Notes under the pieces: generated by a model
What the model was told of the DNA's origin: nothing
The model's input: only the letters and a program-made list of their open reading frames with translations
The model's database searches: none
Program-made: the position numbers and the translations under genes
Part shown: positions 41,600-51,723 of the stretch, one piece after another
Layout of the letters: every line of letters starts with the position of its first letter
How positions within the stretch are numbered: position 1 is the stretch's first letter
Assembly (NCBI GenBank): GCA_963755915.1
Contig: CAVWLP010000002.1
Coordinates: 1,152,001 to 1,216,000, forward strand
Length of the DNA: 64,000 nt
Source of the DNA: an uncultured Phycisphaerales bacterium
Lineage (GTDB): Bacteria; Planctomycetota; Phycisphaerae; Tepidisphaerales; Tepidisphaeraceae
Reading direction: 5' to 3'

Positions 41600-43557
41600 A
41601 TGCAACCGATTGTGGTGGCTCTGATAAGCAACAGCATTGTGGCGTCATTTTCGTGCGCCGTGGGCGAATTGGCCTGGCGGCTGCGCCGGCCGGCGCTGGG
41701 ACATGCGATCTTCGTTTTGGCGCTTGTGAAGTTGATGACCCCGGCCATCTGGCATGTGCCGCTGCCGAATCTCCCGGTCTCGGCGCGGACGATTTCGACG
41801 ACGCCGGTCCGCGCAATTCCTTCAATGGCGCAAGCCCATCGATCGAGATTGCGTTAGCGAGGCCCGCGATTCGGATGGATTTCGCGGCCGCCATCCCCAT
41901 CGCAAAGCCGCGGACGCCGCAGAAATTCGATTTCGCCCGCGCCTTCGTTGCGGCGTGGGTGTGCGGTTCGACTGCAATCGTGGCAATCGCCTGTGTCCGG
42001 ATGCAGCGGTTTCGGCGCATGGTGAAGGAGGCGCAGCCGGCGGGCGAATGGTTCGAGCGGGAGATTGACGAGGTGGCGCAAAACTCGGAATTCGCCGCCC
42101 GGTCGGCGCGAGGATCATGCCGGTGAACATTTCCCCGATGGTCTGGTTTCTCGGCCGCCGGCCTCTCTTGCTCTTTGGCCCGGAAATCATCGAGGCGGAT
42201 TCAAATTCCCGCAGGGCGGTTGTGGCGCATGAGCTGGCGCATATTCGTCGTGGCGACCACTGGGTGCGGCTGCTGGAGATGCTCGCAACGGTGGTCCTCT
42301 GGTGGCACCCGCTGGTCTGGCTGGCGCGGCATCGGTTGCGCGAGGCGGAGGAAGAGGCTTGCGATGCGTGGGTCGTCTGGGCAATGCCACAAAATAAAAC
42401 CGCATACGCGGATGTACTGGTGGAAATGGTGCGCGAGCTGGTGGGGATTGTTCCCGCCTGTGCGAGCGGATTGGGCGGATTTGGAAGCTTGCAAAGGAGA
42501 CTGGTCATGATCCTGGAAAAAACGCCGAAAAAATCGCTGGGCCCGAGTGGATGGATGGTCCTGTGCGCCCTGGCGGTTTCGCTGCCGCTGGCGGTAACCC
42601 GTCCAAACCGCGTCTCGGCGGCGACGCCCGCCCAATCGGCAACCAATCCAAACGCGCCCGACGACGTGACCAACACCGCGGTCAAGGCCCTGCTGAATGC
42701 GACGCAGGATACCGACCAGCAGGTTGCCCAGGCGGCCCAGACCTCGATCGAGACTTTCGGACCCAAAGCGGTCCCCGTACTGATCGACGGGATGAAAGAC
42801 CCGGTGACAGGCGATGCGTCCCGCGCTTCTGGTGAATATCGGAATCGACGCGGTCGATCCGCTGATCGCGGTCTTAAGTGCCGGCGAGCGCACGCAGCGA
42901 TTGAACGCGCTCTCCGCGCTGACGGCGATCTCATCAAAACTGGACGGCTATACAATACAGCCGATGGGTTCCCCTGTTTTCGCCCCGGCAAATTTCCAGC
43001 CGCCGGGCGCGCCTGCCACGGTTGGCGATGTATATGCGCCGTCGCCGGGTTTCGCGCCACCCAGACCCGCGCAGCCGTCATACGGCTCGCCGTGGGTCGC
43101 GATGCTTCGCTGGCAGCAGCCTCAGGACCCAAAGGCGCGAGGCGCGATAGCGCGGATTGCCTCCGCGGCCGGCACGGCCACCGCCGACCCCGACCGCGAC
43201 ATCCGGCTTCGCGCGACCAGCTTGCTGGCCATCATCGCCGATCACAGCATGGGTGCCGAAGTGATCGACAGGCTGATCAAATTGGTTGGCGACAGCGACG
43301 CCCAGGTGCGCGAAGCGGCCGAGCGCGCCCTGATTTCGCTTGGTCCCAAAGCGGTCAAGGCAGTGCCGGCGCTGACCGCGGCGGCATCGGATCCCCAGAT
43401 CGACGTCCGCGCCGCCTCCATCGCAGCGCTTGGCGCGATCGGCCCGGCAGCGAAGGATGCCACGCCCACGCTCGTCGATGCCCTCAAGGACAGCGATCCC
43501 CAGATCAGAATGCTGGCCGCCCAGGCATTGGGCAAATTGAACGGCAGTGGAAGTTGA
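41600..43557 (+). CDS. M56/BlaR1-family peptidase with C-terminal HEAT repeats, several frameshifts (about 41850, 42095, 42825)
   Basis: VVAHELAHIRRGDHW, WWHPLVW, EEACDAWV, LQRRL; HEAT repeats D.D..VR..A..AL..G..A..A.P.L. Confidence 0.85.
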
Positions 43558-43576
43558 CCGGCCGATTTGGAGTCTA

Positions 43577-44893
43577 TCAGCCGCCGGTCACCCGTTTCAC
43601 AAATTCCTCGCCTCGCTGCTCGAAATTCACGTATTGGTCGAAGCTCTTGAAGCCCGGGCTGAGGAGCACGATGTCTCCTTTGGAGGCGATTTGTCGCGCG
43701 ATGCTCACCGCCGTGGCAAGATCGCCGCAGCGGTAGCTCGCGGCGGCGTTTTGCAGGGAGGATTGCTCCAGCATCTCGGCAATCGCCGGGCCCGTCTGCC
43801 CGATGCAGAGGACCGCCTTAGCACGGGCGACGATCTGGGCACACATCGCCGTGATGGGGATATCCGCCCCGTAGCCGCCGACGATTTGGATCACTTTTTT
43901 GGGCGGGAACGATTCCAGCGCCGCCATCGCGGCATCGGGGATGGTGGCGATCGAATCGTTGTAATAGGCCACACCCGCGATTTCGGCGACGCGCTGAAGC
44001 CGATGCGGGAGACCAGGGAAATCGGACAGTGCGGCTTGAGCCATCGTGAAATCCGCGCCGAAAATTGTGGCGGCGGCGAATGCGGCCTGCGCGTTGAGCT
44101 GGTTGTGCTCGCCGGGGACCAGCAGATCAAATTTCCGGCGATTTTTCAGGCCGAAATAGATGATCCGCCCCGGCGCCTCGGCCGCGAACCCGGCGGCGGG
44201 GGGATTCTCCTCGTTCAGCACCGCCACATCATCGGGTCCCTGAAAGCGGATAATATTATGCTTGGCGTCGATGTACGCCTTCAGCGAGCCGTGCCAGGCG
44301 AGATGGTCGCTGGCAATCATCGTCACGACCGCCACGTGCGGCGAAAAACGCATCTCGCGCAGATGCTCGAGCATGTAGCTGGAGAGTTCAAGCACCACCA
44401 GATCGCTTGCGTTAATCGATTTCAGATCGGCGAGAAGGGATTTGCCGATGTTTCCGCCCACCCATGTTTTCGTGATTCTGGAAAGGATCCGCCCGAGCAT
44501 GGCGGTGGTGGTGGATTTCCCCTTGGTTCCAGTCACACCGATGATTTTTGCGGGGCAGCGTTCGATGAAGAGGCGGATTTCCGTGGTGATCTGTTTCCCC
44601 GCCGCGCGGGCGGCCTGGAGATAGCGGTTGTGCGGCGGAAGCGCGGGCGAAGCGACGACCAGATCAGCCCCGGCGAAGTCGTCCTCGCGATGTTCGTCCA
44701 GCCGGAGCTCAATCGGCAACCCTTCAAGCTGGCGCAACGCATCGGCCAATTTTTCGGCGGGCAACAGATCGGTGACAAGCACTTTCGCGCCCTGCGCACA
44801 AAGCCATTGCGTGACGCCAATGCCGCCGCCGAAGTGGCCGAGTCCCGCGACGGTGACTCGTTTCCCCGCGAGCGTGTCGGGATTCTGGGTCAT
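43577..44893 (-). CDS. murD: UDP-N-acetylmuramoyl-L-alanine--D-glutamate ligase
   Basis: GVTGTKGKSTT, GGNIG, VLELSSYML, DHLAWH, PHRLQ, YYNDSIAT, LLSPGFKSFDQY..FEQRG. Confidence 0.95.
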   Translation of the reverse strand: MTQNPDTLAGKRVTVAGLGHFGGGIGVTQWLCAQGAKVLVTDLLPAEKLADALRQLEGLPIELRLDEHREDDFAGADLVVASPALPPHNRYLQAARAAGKQITTEIRLFIERCPAKIIGVTGTKGKSTTTAMLGRILSRITKTWVGGNIGKSLLADLKSINASDLVVLELSSYMLEHLREMRFSPHVAVVTMIASDHLAWHGSLKAYIDAKHNIIRFQGPDDVAVLNEENPPAAGFAAEAPGRIIYFGLKNRRKFDLLVPGEHNQLNAQAAFAAATIFGADFTMAQAALSDFPGLPHRLQRVAEIAGVAYYNDSIATIPDAAMAALESFPPKKVIQIVGGYGADIPITAMCAQIVARAKAVLCIGQTGPAIAEMLEQSSLQNAAASYRCGDLATAVSIARQIASKGDIVLLSPGFKSFDQYVNFEQRGEEFVKRVTGG

Positions 44894-44917
44894 TTGCGGC
44901 CGATTATATGACGCGGC

Positions 44918-45847
44918 TCACCCGATGACCCGCTGAATGTCGCGCTTCATATCCCCTATGGCCGCTTCGATGCATTTACGCCAGTCTTTCCCGAATTGCG
45001 ACGAATATTTCGGCTCGGCATGCGCGTAAAGGATGCTCCGGCTTGCCGAGACGAACGCCCCCCGGCCATCTTTGAAGGCGGCACGCGTCATCTCCGCCGT
45101 CGCCCCCTGCACGCCATAACCGGGCAGCAGGAATATCGATTGGGGCAGCAGCCGGCGGAGGCTTTCGATCGTATGCGGATGGGTCGCCCCGACGACCGCG
45201 CCAATGCTGCTGAACCCGCGCGTGCCAACCAGCGCGCGATCCGCAGCCAGTAAGGCGAGCTTTTGGGCAAGCATTTCCGACCAGGTCTGGCCGGTTTCCA
45301 GTTTCACATCCTGAAGCTCGGCCGAGCCGGGATTGCTGGTGCGGACCAGCACGAAGATGCCGCGCGAAAAATCTTTGGCCGCCTGAATAAACGGCTGAAG
45401 CGTGTCCAGGCCGAGCATGGGATTGACGGTGATCGCATCCGGCGTGGCGATTTCGTCGTCGCCCGTCTGCTCGGCGAGATGTCCCGCTGCGTACGCCGTC
45501 GCGGTCGAGCCGATGTCCCCCCGCTTCACGTCCCCGATCACCAGCAGGCCCAGCGCCTTGGCCTCCTGGATCAGGCTGTAATACGCCTCCACCCCCTCCC
45601 AGAGATACTTTTCGAAATAGGCCGATTGGAATTTGACGATCGGGACGTGCGCGGCAACGACTTTCAGCACACTGGTCGTAAAGTCGAAAATAGCATCCAC
45701 CGCCGCCTGCGGCTCATCGTCGCGGGAAATAAATTTCGCGCGGATTTCTTCGGGAATTGATTCAAGAACCGGGTCGATGCCCACACAAATCGGCGCCTGC
45801 TTTTGGTCGATCGCATCCAGCAGGCGGTCGCAGAAAAGTTCAGACAT
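44918..45847 (-). CDS. pyrF: orotidine-5'-phosphate decarboxylase
   Basis: CVGIDP, KFQSAYFE, DVKRGDIGST, LVRTSNPGS, GAVVGAT, LLPGYGVQG, SRSILYA. Confidence 0.95.
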   Translation of the reverse strand: MSELFCDRLLDAIDQKQAPICVGIDPVLESIPEEIRAKFISRDDEPQAAVDAIFDFTTSVLKVVAAHVPIVKFQSAYFEKYLWEGVEAYYSLIQEAKALGLLVIGDVKRGDIGSTATAYAAGHLAEQTGDDEIATPDAITVNPMLGLDTLQPFIQAAKDFSRGIFVLVRTSNPGSAELQDVKLETGQTWSEMLAQKLALLAADRALVGTRGFSSIGAVVGATHPHTIESLRRLLPQSIFLLPGYGVQGATAEMTRAAFKDGRGAFVSASRSILYAHAEPKYSSQFGKDWRKCIEAAIGDMKRDIQRVIG

Positions 45848-45853
45848 AGTTGT

Positions 45854-46300
45854 CTATTTCTCGGGGCTTTCCGCGGGACGCGAAAGCATTCCGCGAAGTT
45901 CGTCCAGGTCGGCGCCGCTGCGCTGGAGAATTTCCACGACGGCGGTTTCGCCTTCCTCAAGCAGCGTCAGCAGGAGGAACCGCGTGGAAACAACCGCCGC
46001 CCCCGTGGCCTGCGCCTCGGAGATCGCCGTGTTGATCGCCCGCTGCGCCTTGGGCGACAGCGGCAGCCGCCCCGTCACAACCACCTGCTGCGCCTCCCTC
46101 GGCAATGCCCCGCTCAGACGGGAGAGCAACTGGTCGATGTTCGTTTCGGCTTGAAGGGCCTTAAACGCATCCCCCGATTTTCCCGTGATGATACCCAGCA
46201 GCAGATGTTCCGTTCCGACAAAATCCTTGCCCAGCCGGCGCGCCTGCTCGTCGGCGTGAAGAAGCGCGGCGGAAAGCGTTTCGGTGAATCCCGGTCGCAT
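45854..46300 (-). CDS. stand-alone Clp N-terminal (double Clp-N) domain protein
   Basis: EQARRLGKDFVGTEHLLLGI and LSPKAQRAINTAISEA...STRFLLLTLL; no AAA+ domain. Confidence 0.85.
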   Translation of the reverse strand: MRPGFTETLSAALLHADEQARRLGKDFVGTEHLLLGIITGKSGDAFKALQAETNIDQLLSRLSGALPREAQQVVVTGRLPLSPKAQRAINTAISEAQATGAAVVSTRFLLLTLLEEGETAVVEILQRSGADLDELRGMLSRPAESPEK

Positions 46301-46351
46301 GGCAGGGATCATAACGACCGGCGGCGGTTAAGACGAATGGCGGGGTTGGAT

Positions 46352-46996
46352 TCAACGGGTGGATTGAGTCGAGGCTTGTTGGATCGTCCCGCATTCCGGG
46401 CATTTCTCCGGCGTCGCCCGCAAATCGTAACCGCAGACAGGGCAATGGCCTTCTTTCGGTTTTTTCGAAAGGCGGCGACGAAGGGCAAGGACAATCCAAA
46501 CCGCCGGCAGCAACGCCAGAATTGGGCTGGCCGTAGATAACGGTATATAAACGATGGAAATCGAGAGGGGGCTTCCTGGCCACGGCGGAAACCCGCTGGC
46601 GATGTGAATCGGCATGTCCCAGGTCTGCGGCGATTTGCCGGAATTCGATCCGAAGGGAGCCAAACTAACCGCGCCCGAAAGCAACTCAACTCCGGCACGC
46701 GTTGAGCTGGTAAAACTATTTACCCAAACGGCGGATGGCGGCATCGCAACGAAGGCGGGGCTGAACTCGTGAATTCGGATCCCCAGGGCCGGATGAGGCG
46801 CATTGAGCCACGGACGCATCCAGGCGAAACTCATCACAGGATTGCGGATCATGACCCGCCAGACGTTGGACCCGGGCGTGAGAATCGACATCATTGCGAT
46901 ATCGCCGGGAAACAGGTTGGGCAGCAGGCTCGCGGCACACAGAAGGGCCGATAAACCAGCGGAAACCCCGAAGATCAATCGGCAAACGCGTTTCAC
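46352..46996 (-). CDS. membrane protein with C-terminal CxxCGYDLR..CPECG zinc finger
   Basis: N-terminal hydrophobic helix, C-terminal TM, GHCPVCGYDLRATPEKCPECG. Confidence 0.75.
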   Translation of the reverse strand: MKRVCRLIFGVSAGLSALLCAASLLPNLFPGDIAMMSILTPGSNVWRVMIRNPVMSFAWMRPWLNAPHPALGIRIHEFSPAFVAMPPSAVWVNSFTSSTRAGVELLSGAVSLAPFGSNSGKSPQTWDMPIHIASGFPPWPGSPLSISIVYIPLSTASPILALLPAVWIVLALRRRLSKKPKEGHCPVCGYDLRATPEKCPECGTIQQASTQSTR

Positions 46997-47110
46997 GCCC
47001 CAATTGTAACGGGCCGCGATGCGTCCAAGACGCTGACACCCCCTCTGTCGCACCAAAACCCATTTGACATCCCGCCATCGGTCAAGATACTCATCGGGCC
47101 GCCGGCGGAT

Positions 47111-48217
47111 GTGTTCAGCGTGAAAACTGCCTTACTGCCTATTTTTCTGGGATTGCTGCTGCTTTCCGGATGTCACTCCGAAAGCCCCTCCGCGGCCCAA
47201 CCGGACATTGCGCCGGTCGTTGAAAATCCGGACAACGAGATCGTCGCCTCCGTGCATGGCGCCGTGGTTACTCGCGGCGAGCTCATGCCCGTCCTGGTTG
47301 ATGGCTACGGACTGAACGTATTGCTGGCCCTGGTGCAGCTCGATCTGGCCCGCCAGGCCGCGGCCGAGCAACATCTGCGCGTCACCGACGACGACATCCA
47401 GAAGGAACGGGCCATTACCATGGACAGCCTGCGCAAGGCCACCCAGCAGATGGAAAACAACGGCCAGCCGACGACGGAGCCGGAAAATCTGACCGACCTT
47501 CAGGAAGACCAGCTTCTGGATCAACTGCTGTTGCAGCAGCGGGTAAGCCGGGCGGAGTTCAACGTGATTCTCGAGGTCAACGCCAACTTGCGCAAGATTG
47601 CCGAGCCGATCGTCGAGGCCAGCCTCACCGACGACCGCGTGCGCCAGCAGTTCAATGCCATGTACGGCGAAAAAGTGCTCGTGCGATACATACAATGCAA
47701 CAACATGATGGAGATCGCTGATATTCGCCGTCAGCTCGCCTCAGGCAAAAGCTTCGAGGACGTGATCCGCATCTGGAACACCACCCATCCCGGCACGCCC
47801 GCGGGGGGAGAACTCGGGCCGTTTTCCTTCCAGGATTTGAATTACCCCTCTGAGATCAAGCAGGTCGCCTTCGAACTGAAGCCGGGAGAGATTTCCGACC
47901 CCGTGCAGTACAAGCAGTACCTCTTTCTTTTTCAGTTGATCAATCGAATTCCTCCCGCACACGCCCGGTTTGAAGATTATCGCGATTCGGTGCGCAAGGA
48001 GCTCTTCTTCAGTCTGGTGCAGGCGAAGATCGGCTCGCTGCGCAACGATTTAGCCGGCGAAGCGATGTCCTCGCTTCAGATTCGCGACCCCGTTTTGGCG
48101 CGACAATGGGCCAATCGCCTGGCGAGCAATGGTGGGAATATTCAGAACCAGGCGCAGATACGCCAGGAACTGGACAAACTGCACGCGCCGGCGACCATGC
48201 CGGCCGCAGCGCCATAA
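47111..48217 (+). CDS. PpiC/parvulin-type peptidyl-prolyl isomerase lipoprotein (PrsA/SurA-like)
   Basis: LLSGC lipobox; [44 protein letters not shown]-16-GATACT upstream at 47064-47091. Confidence 0.85.
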   Translation: MFSVKTALLPIFLGLLLLSGCHSESPSAAQPDIAPVVENPDNEIVASVHGAVVTRGELMPVLVDGYGLNVLLALVQLDLARQAAAEQHLRVTDDDIQKERAITMDSLRKATQQMENNGQPTTEPENLTDLQEDQLLDQLLLQQRVSRAEFNVILEVNANLRKIAEPIVEASLTDDRVRQQFNAMYGEKVLVRYIQCNNMMEIADIRRQLASGKSFEDVIRIWNTTHPGTPAGGELGPFSFQDLNYPSEIKQVAFELKPGEISDPVQYKQYLFLFQLINRIPPAHARFEDYRDSVRKELFFSLVQAKIGSLRNDLAGEAMSSLQIRDPVLARQWANRLASNGGNIQNQAQIRQELDKLHAPATMPAAAP

Positions 48218-48306
48218 GATGCTGCGTCACCGGCAGTTATATCAAATCTGTAAATCGTAAGCTCTACGCATATTCCCGTCGTTTTTCGTTACAATTGAGG
48301 CGTTCT

Positions 48307-49537
48307 ATGAACAACCAACCATTTAAAGTGGACGTGTCACCGCGAATTCTGCGGCTCCCGCCTTATCTGTTCGGGCGGATCAACCGGATGAAGTATGAGA
48401 AGCGGGTCGCCAATATCGACATCATCGATCTGGGCATGGGCAACCCCACCGATCCGACTCCGGATTCGGTCGTCAAAAAGCTCGCCGAGGCCGCGCACGA
48501 TCCGCGCAACCATCGCTACAGCGTCAGCAACGGCGTCGCCGGTTTGCGCAAAGAGGTCGCAAAAAAATATCGAGGCCAAATACGGCGTCCACCTCGATCC
48601 GGAAACGGAAGTGATCGCCACCATCGGCAGCAAAGAGGGCTTCAGCCACCTCTGCCTCGCCCTGCTTGGTCCGGGCGACACCGCCATCGTTCCCGATCCC
48701 GCCTTTCCGATTCACATCTACGCCGTCGCCATGGCCGGGGCGAATGTGATTCGCGTTCCCCTTGGCAACGATCAGGCATTTCCTCGCCCGCATCGAGAAA
48801 ATGATCGAAGGCCTCTACCCGACGCCCAAGCTGCTGATTCTAAATTACCCGCACAACCCCACGGCCATGACCATCGACCCCGATTTCTGGGACCGCGCCA
48901 TCGCCATGTGCCGGCGGCATGGGATCATGATCATCAGCGATTTCGCCTACGGCGAAGTCTGCTTCGACGGCTACAAAGCCCCCAGCTTCCTCGCCGCCGC
49001 CGGGGCAAAAGACCTTGGCGTCGAATTCACCACCATGTCCAAGAGCTACAACATGGCCGGCTGGCGAATCGGATTCTGCGCCGGAAATTCCGAGATGGTC
49101 AAGGCCCTCGCCACCATCAAGGGATATTACGACTACGGCATTTTCGCCCCCATCCAGATCGCCAGCATCATCGCCATGCGCGAGCATGCCGACGTGCCCG
49201 CGCAAGCAGAGCAAGATCTACGAGAAGCGCCGCAACGTGGTCTGCCGCGGCCTCGACAAACTCGGCTGGACCTACGAAAAGCCGCGGGCCAGCATGTTCG
49301 TCTGGGCGAAGATCAAGCACGAGCACCTGAAGGGGCAGGGGACGATCGATTTCTGCCTCCGCATGATGGACGAGGCCCAGCGTCGCCCTCGCCCCCGGCC
49401 GGGCGTTCGGCGAAAACGGCGAGAATTATGTCCGCATCGCCCTGGTAGAAAACGAGCAGCGCCTGAAGCAGGCCATGCAGAACCTGGAGACCGCCCTGGT
49501 CCCCCGCGTCCCCAAGGCCAAGCGCCAAAAAGTTTAG
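48307..49537 (+). CDS. PLP-dependent aminotransferase class I/II (AlaC/LL-DAP-like), several frameshifts
   Basis: [49 protein letters not shown]; pieces in three frames; ends TAG 49535-49537. Confidence 0.9.
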
Positions 49538-49560
49538 CCACGACCCGAAGGGGAGCGCTT
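49533..49560 (+). repeat. TTTAGCC(A/G)CGACCCGAAGGG REP-like repeat (other copies 50248-50275, 54846-54874)
   Basis: tttagccacgacccgaaggggagcgctt; tttagccgcgacccgaagggaagcgctt; tttagccgcaaccccgcagggtgcgcgtt. Confidence 0.7.
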
Positions 49561-49589
49561 GGTTGGAATCCCGCGATAAGGACTTTGCC

Positions 49590-49923
49590 ATGAAGGCGAA
49601 AGAATTTTTCCTCGCCGGCGTGCGATTGATAGGCTTCTGGACCATCGTCGAAGGCGTTCAGGAACTCTCGTATTATGTCGAAACGCACTTGGGATACCTT
49701 CACAGCAATGCAACCGAATACGGCTACCTGGTGCACGCCACGGTTGCGATTGTTACCGGCGCGGGCCTCATCATCTGCTCCCGCGAGCTAGCCAATATGT
49801 TCTCCTGGTTCGACCCCGAGCAACTCGCGCGAATGCCAGAAATGCGGCTACGATCTTCGCGGCGGCCAGGAAATCTGCCCGGAGTGTGGAACCCCGGCGA
49901 CGGCCGAATCGGCGAAAAAATAG
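49590..49923 (+). CDS. small membrane protein with CxxCGYDLR..CPECG tail, frameshifted near 49830
   Basis: MKAKEFFLAGVRLIGFW, two TMs; shifted frame ECQKCGYDLRGGQEICPECGTPATAESAKK*. Confidence 0.7.
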
Positions 49924-50179
49924 CCGCCCGAAATAAAATCGTACTTCGAGCGTTTGTGATTGTTAACGCGGGGTACGATCCAGGCCGGGCGGCGGTGCTG
50001 GATCCGCGCGGGAATTTATTTCGAGGGTACACCCGATGCGTAAGCTACTGATTCTGGCGGCACTTGCATTCTTTGGAGTTTCGACCCTGGCGGCGACGCC
50101 TTCGATGGCGTGCAGCGGCCACCATCATCACCATCACAAGCATCATTCCTCAACGCAGTCCTAAATGGATTGCATAAGA

Positions 50180-50221
50180 GCCCCCGCCCTCGCCCCTCCC
50201 CCGGAGTACCAGGGGAGGGGG
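50180..50221. repeat. BoxC/REP-like palindrome
   Basis: gcccccgccctcgcccctcccccggagtaccaggggaggggg. Confidence 0.7.
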
Positions 50222-50392
50222 TGGTTTCGTGCGCGCCGCTCTTCCCGTTTAGCCGCGACCCGAAGGGAAGCGCTTTCCAGCCTCCTCCCGAATCGCAGGC
50301 GCCCATTCAGACCCTAATTCCAATTGCCCCTCCCCCAAATTGCGAGTAATGTCCTTCCGCTTCGCGGAGGCGGTCGGTTTCCGACTGGTGCA

Positions 50393-51721
50393 ATGAAAAA
50401 TTACCATTGGCTCGCGGCGGCGATAACCTTCATTTCATGCTGGGGGTGTTTACGGCCGCAGGGACAGGCTTCCATGCAGACGCCCAGCGCCGGGCCCATC
50501 GCGACCCAACCCACGACCCGCCGCATCGAAAACCACGATGAGGGGCGAGCCTGGTATTGGGTCCTCCCCGATCCGTTCAAGCTCAACGACGGCGAAATCG
50601 TCAAGGATTCGCAAATCTGGTTTTCACGGCGCAGGCCGGAAATTCTCGGCGCGTTTGAGCACGAGATTTATGGCCGCGCCCCGGGCCGCCCTGAGGGGGA
50701 ATCGTTCGAAGTCGTCGAGACCGGCCACGCGTTTGGCGGCACCGCAATTCGCAAACAGATCGTCGTGCACTTGGGACCGTCGGCGGAAAATAAACACTTT
50801 AATGCGGTGCTCTACCTCCCCGCCGGCGCGACCAAACCTTTGCCGGTGATTCTTTGCTTCAGCTTCTATCCCCTTCAGTGGGCCACGCAGGACCCGGCCG
50901 TGAAAATGCAATATGACTGGGACCTGAGCACGCATCGGGTTCCCGCGAAAAATAATCCCGACATCGCCAAGTCGTTTCACATCGACTGGGTCCTGGCCCA
51001 CGGCTATGGCATCGCGATCATCTATTACCAGCAGATCGATCCCGACTCCGCCGGCGGCCTGCCATACGGCATTCGCGCGGCCTATCTCGCGCCGGGCGAA
51101 ACCAAGCCGCACCCCGACGAGTGGGGCACCATTTCCGCCTGGGCCTGGGGTGCCAGCCGGACGCTCGATTATCTCCAGACCGACCCGCAGGTGGACGGCA
51201 GCCGGGTGGCGATCATGGGCCATTCGCGCCTCGGCAAAACGGCGCTCTGGACCGGCGCCATCGACCCGCGCTTCGCGATGGTCATCGCATGTAGCTCCGG
51301 CCGCGGCGGCGCGTCGCTGGCCAGGCGCAATTACGGGGAATCCATCGGCGACCTCGCCCAAAGATTCTCCTGGCAGTTTTGCGGCAACTTCCAGAAATTT
51401 GCCCATCACGAAACGGACATGCCGGTGGATTCACACGAGCTGATCGGATTGATCGCCCCGCGGCCGATTTTCCTCGCCACCGCGAGCCTCGATCTCCATT
51501 CCGACCCCATGGGCGAATGGGACGCCGCCGTCGCCGCCGGCCCCATTTACGAAATGCTCGGCAAGCGCGGGCTCGAAGCCGTGTCGCCGCCGCCGCTTGA
51601 TGTGGCGATCATGCACGACATTGGCTATCACTGTCACACCGGAAAACACGAGGTGACACCCCTGGATTGGCAGCACATCCTCCAATTCGCCGACCTGCAT
51701 TTCGGTTCGCCAAAGGGATAA
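50393..51721 (+). CDS. CE15-like carbohydrate esterase (glucuronoyl esterase family), secreted or lipoprotein
   Basis: LPDPF, RRPEI, WGTISAWAWGASRTLDYL, GHSRLGKTALW, DSHELIGLIAPRP, DPMGE, GKHEVT. Confidence 0.88.
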   Translation: MKNYHWLAAAITFISCWGCLRPQGQASMQTPSAGPIATQPTTRRIENHDEGRAWYWVLPDPFKLNDGEIVKDSQIWFSRRRPEILGAFEHEIYGRAPGRPEGESFEVVETGHAFGGTAIRKQIVVHLGPSAENKHFNAVLYLPAGATKPLPVILCFSFYPLQWATQDPAVKMQYDWDLSTHRVPAKNNPDIAKSFHIDWVLAHGYGIAIIYYQQIDPDSAGGLPYGIRAAYLAPGETKPHPDEWGTISAWAWGASRTLDYLQTDPQVDGSRVAIMGHSRLGKTALWTGAIDPRFAMVIACSSGRGGASLARRNYGESIGDLAQRFSWQFCGNFQKFAHHETDMPVDSHELIGLIAPRPIFLATASLDLHSDPMGEWDAAVAAGPIYEMLGKRGLEAVSPPPLDVAIMHDIGYHCHTGKHEVTPLDWQHILQFADLHFGSPKG

Positions 51722-51723
51722 CT

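Noticed and set aside
48217-48247. dif-like site near the skew switch (TTATATCAAAT)
   Set aside because: No matching XerC arm at the right spacing
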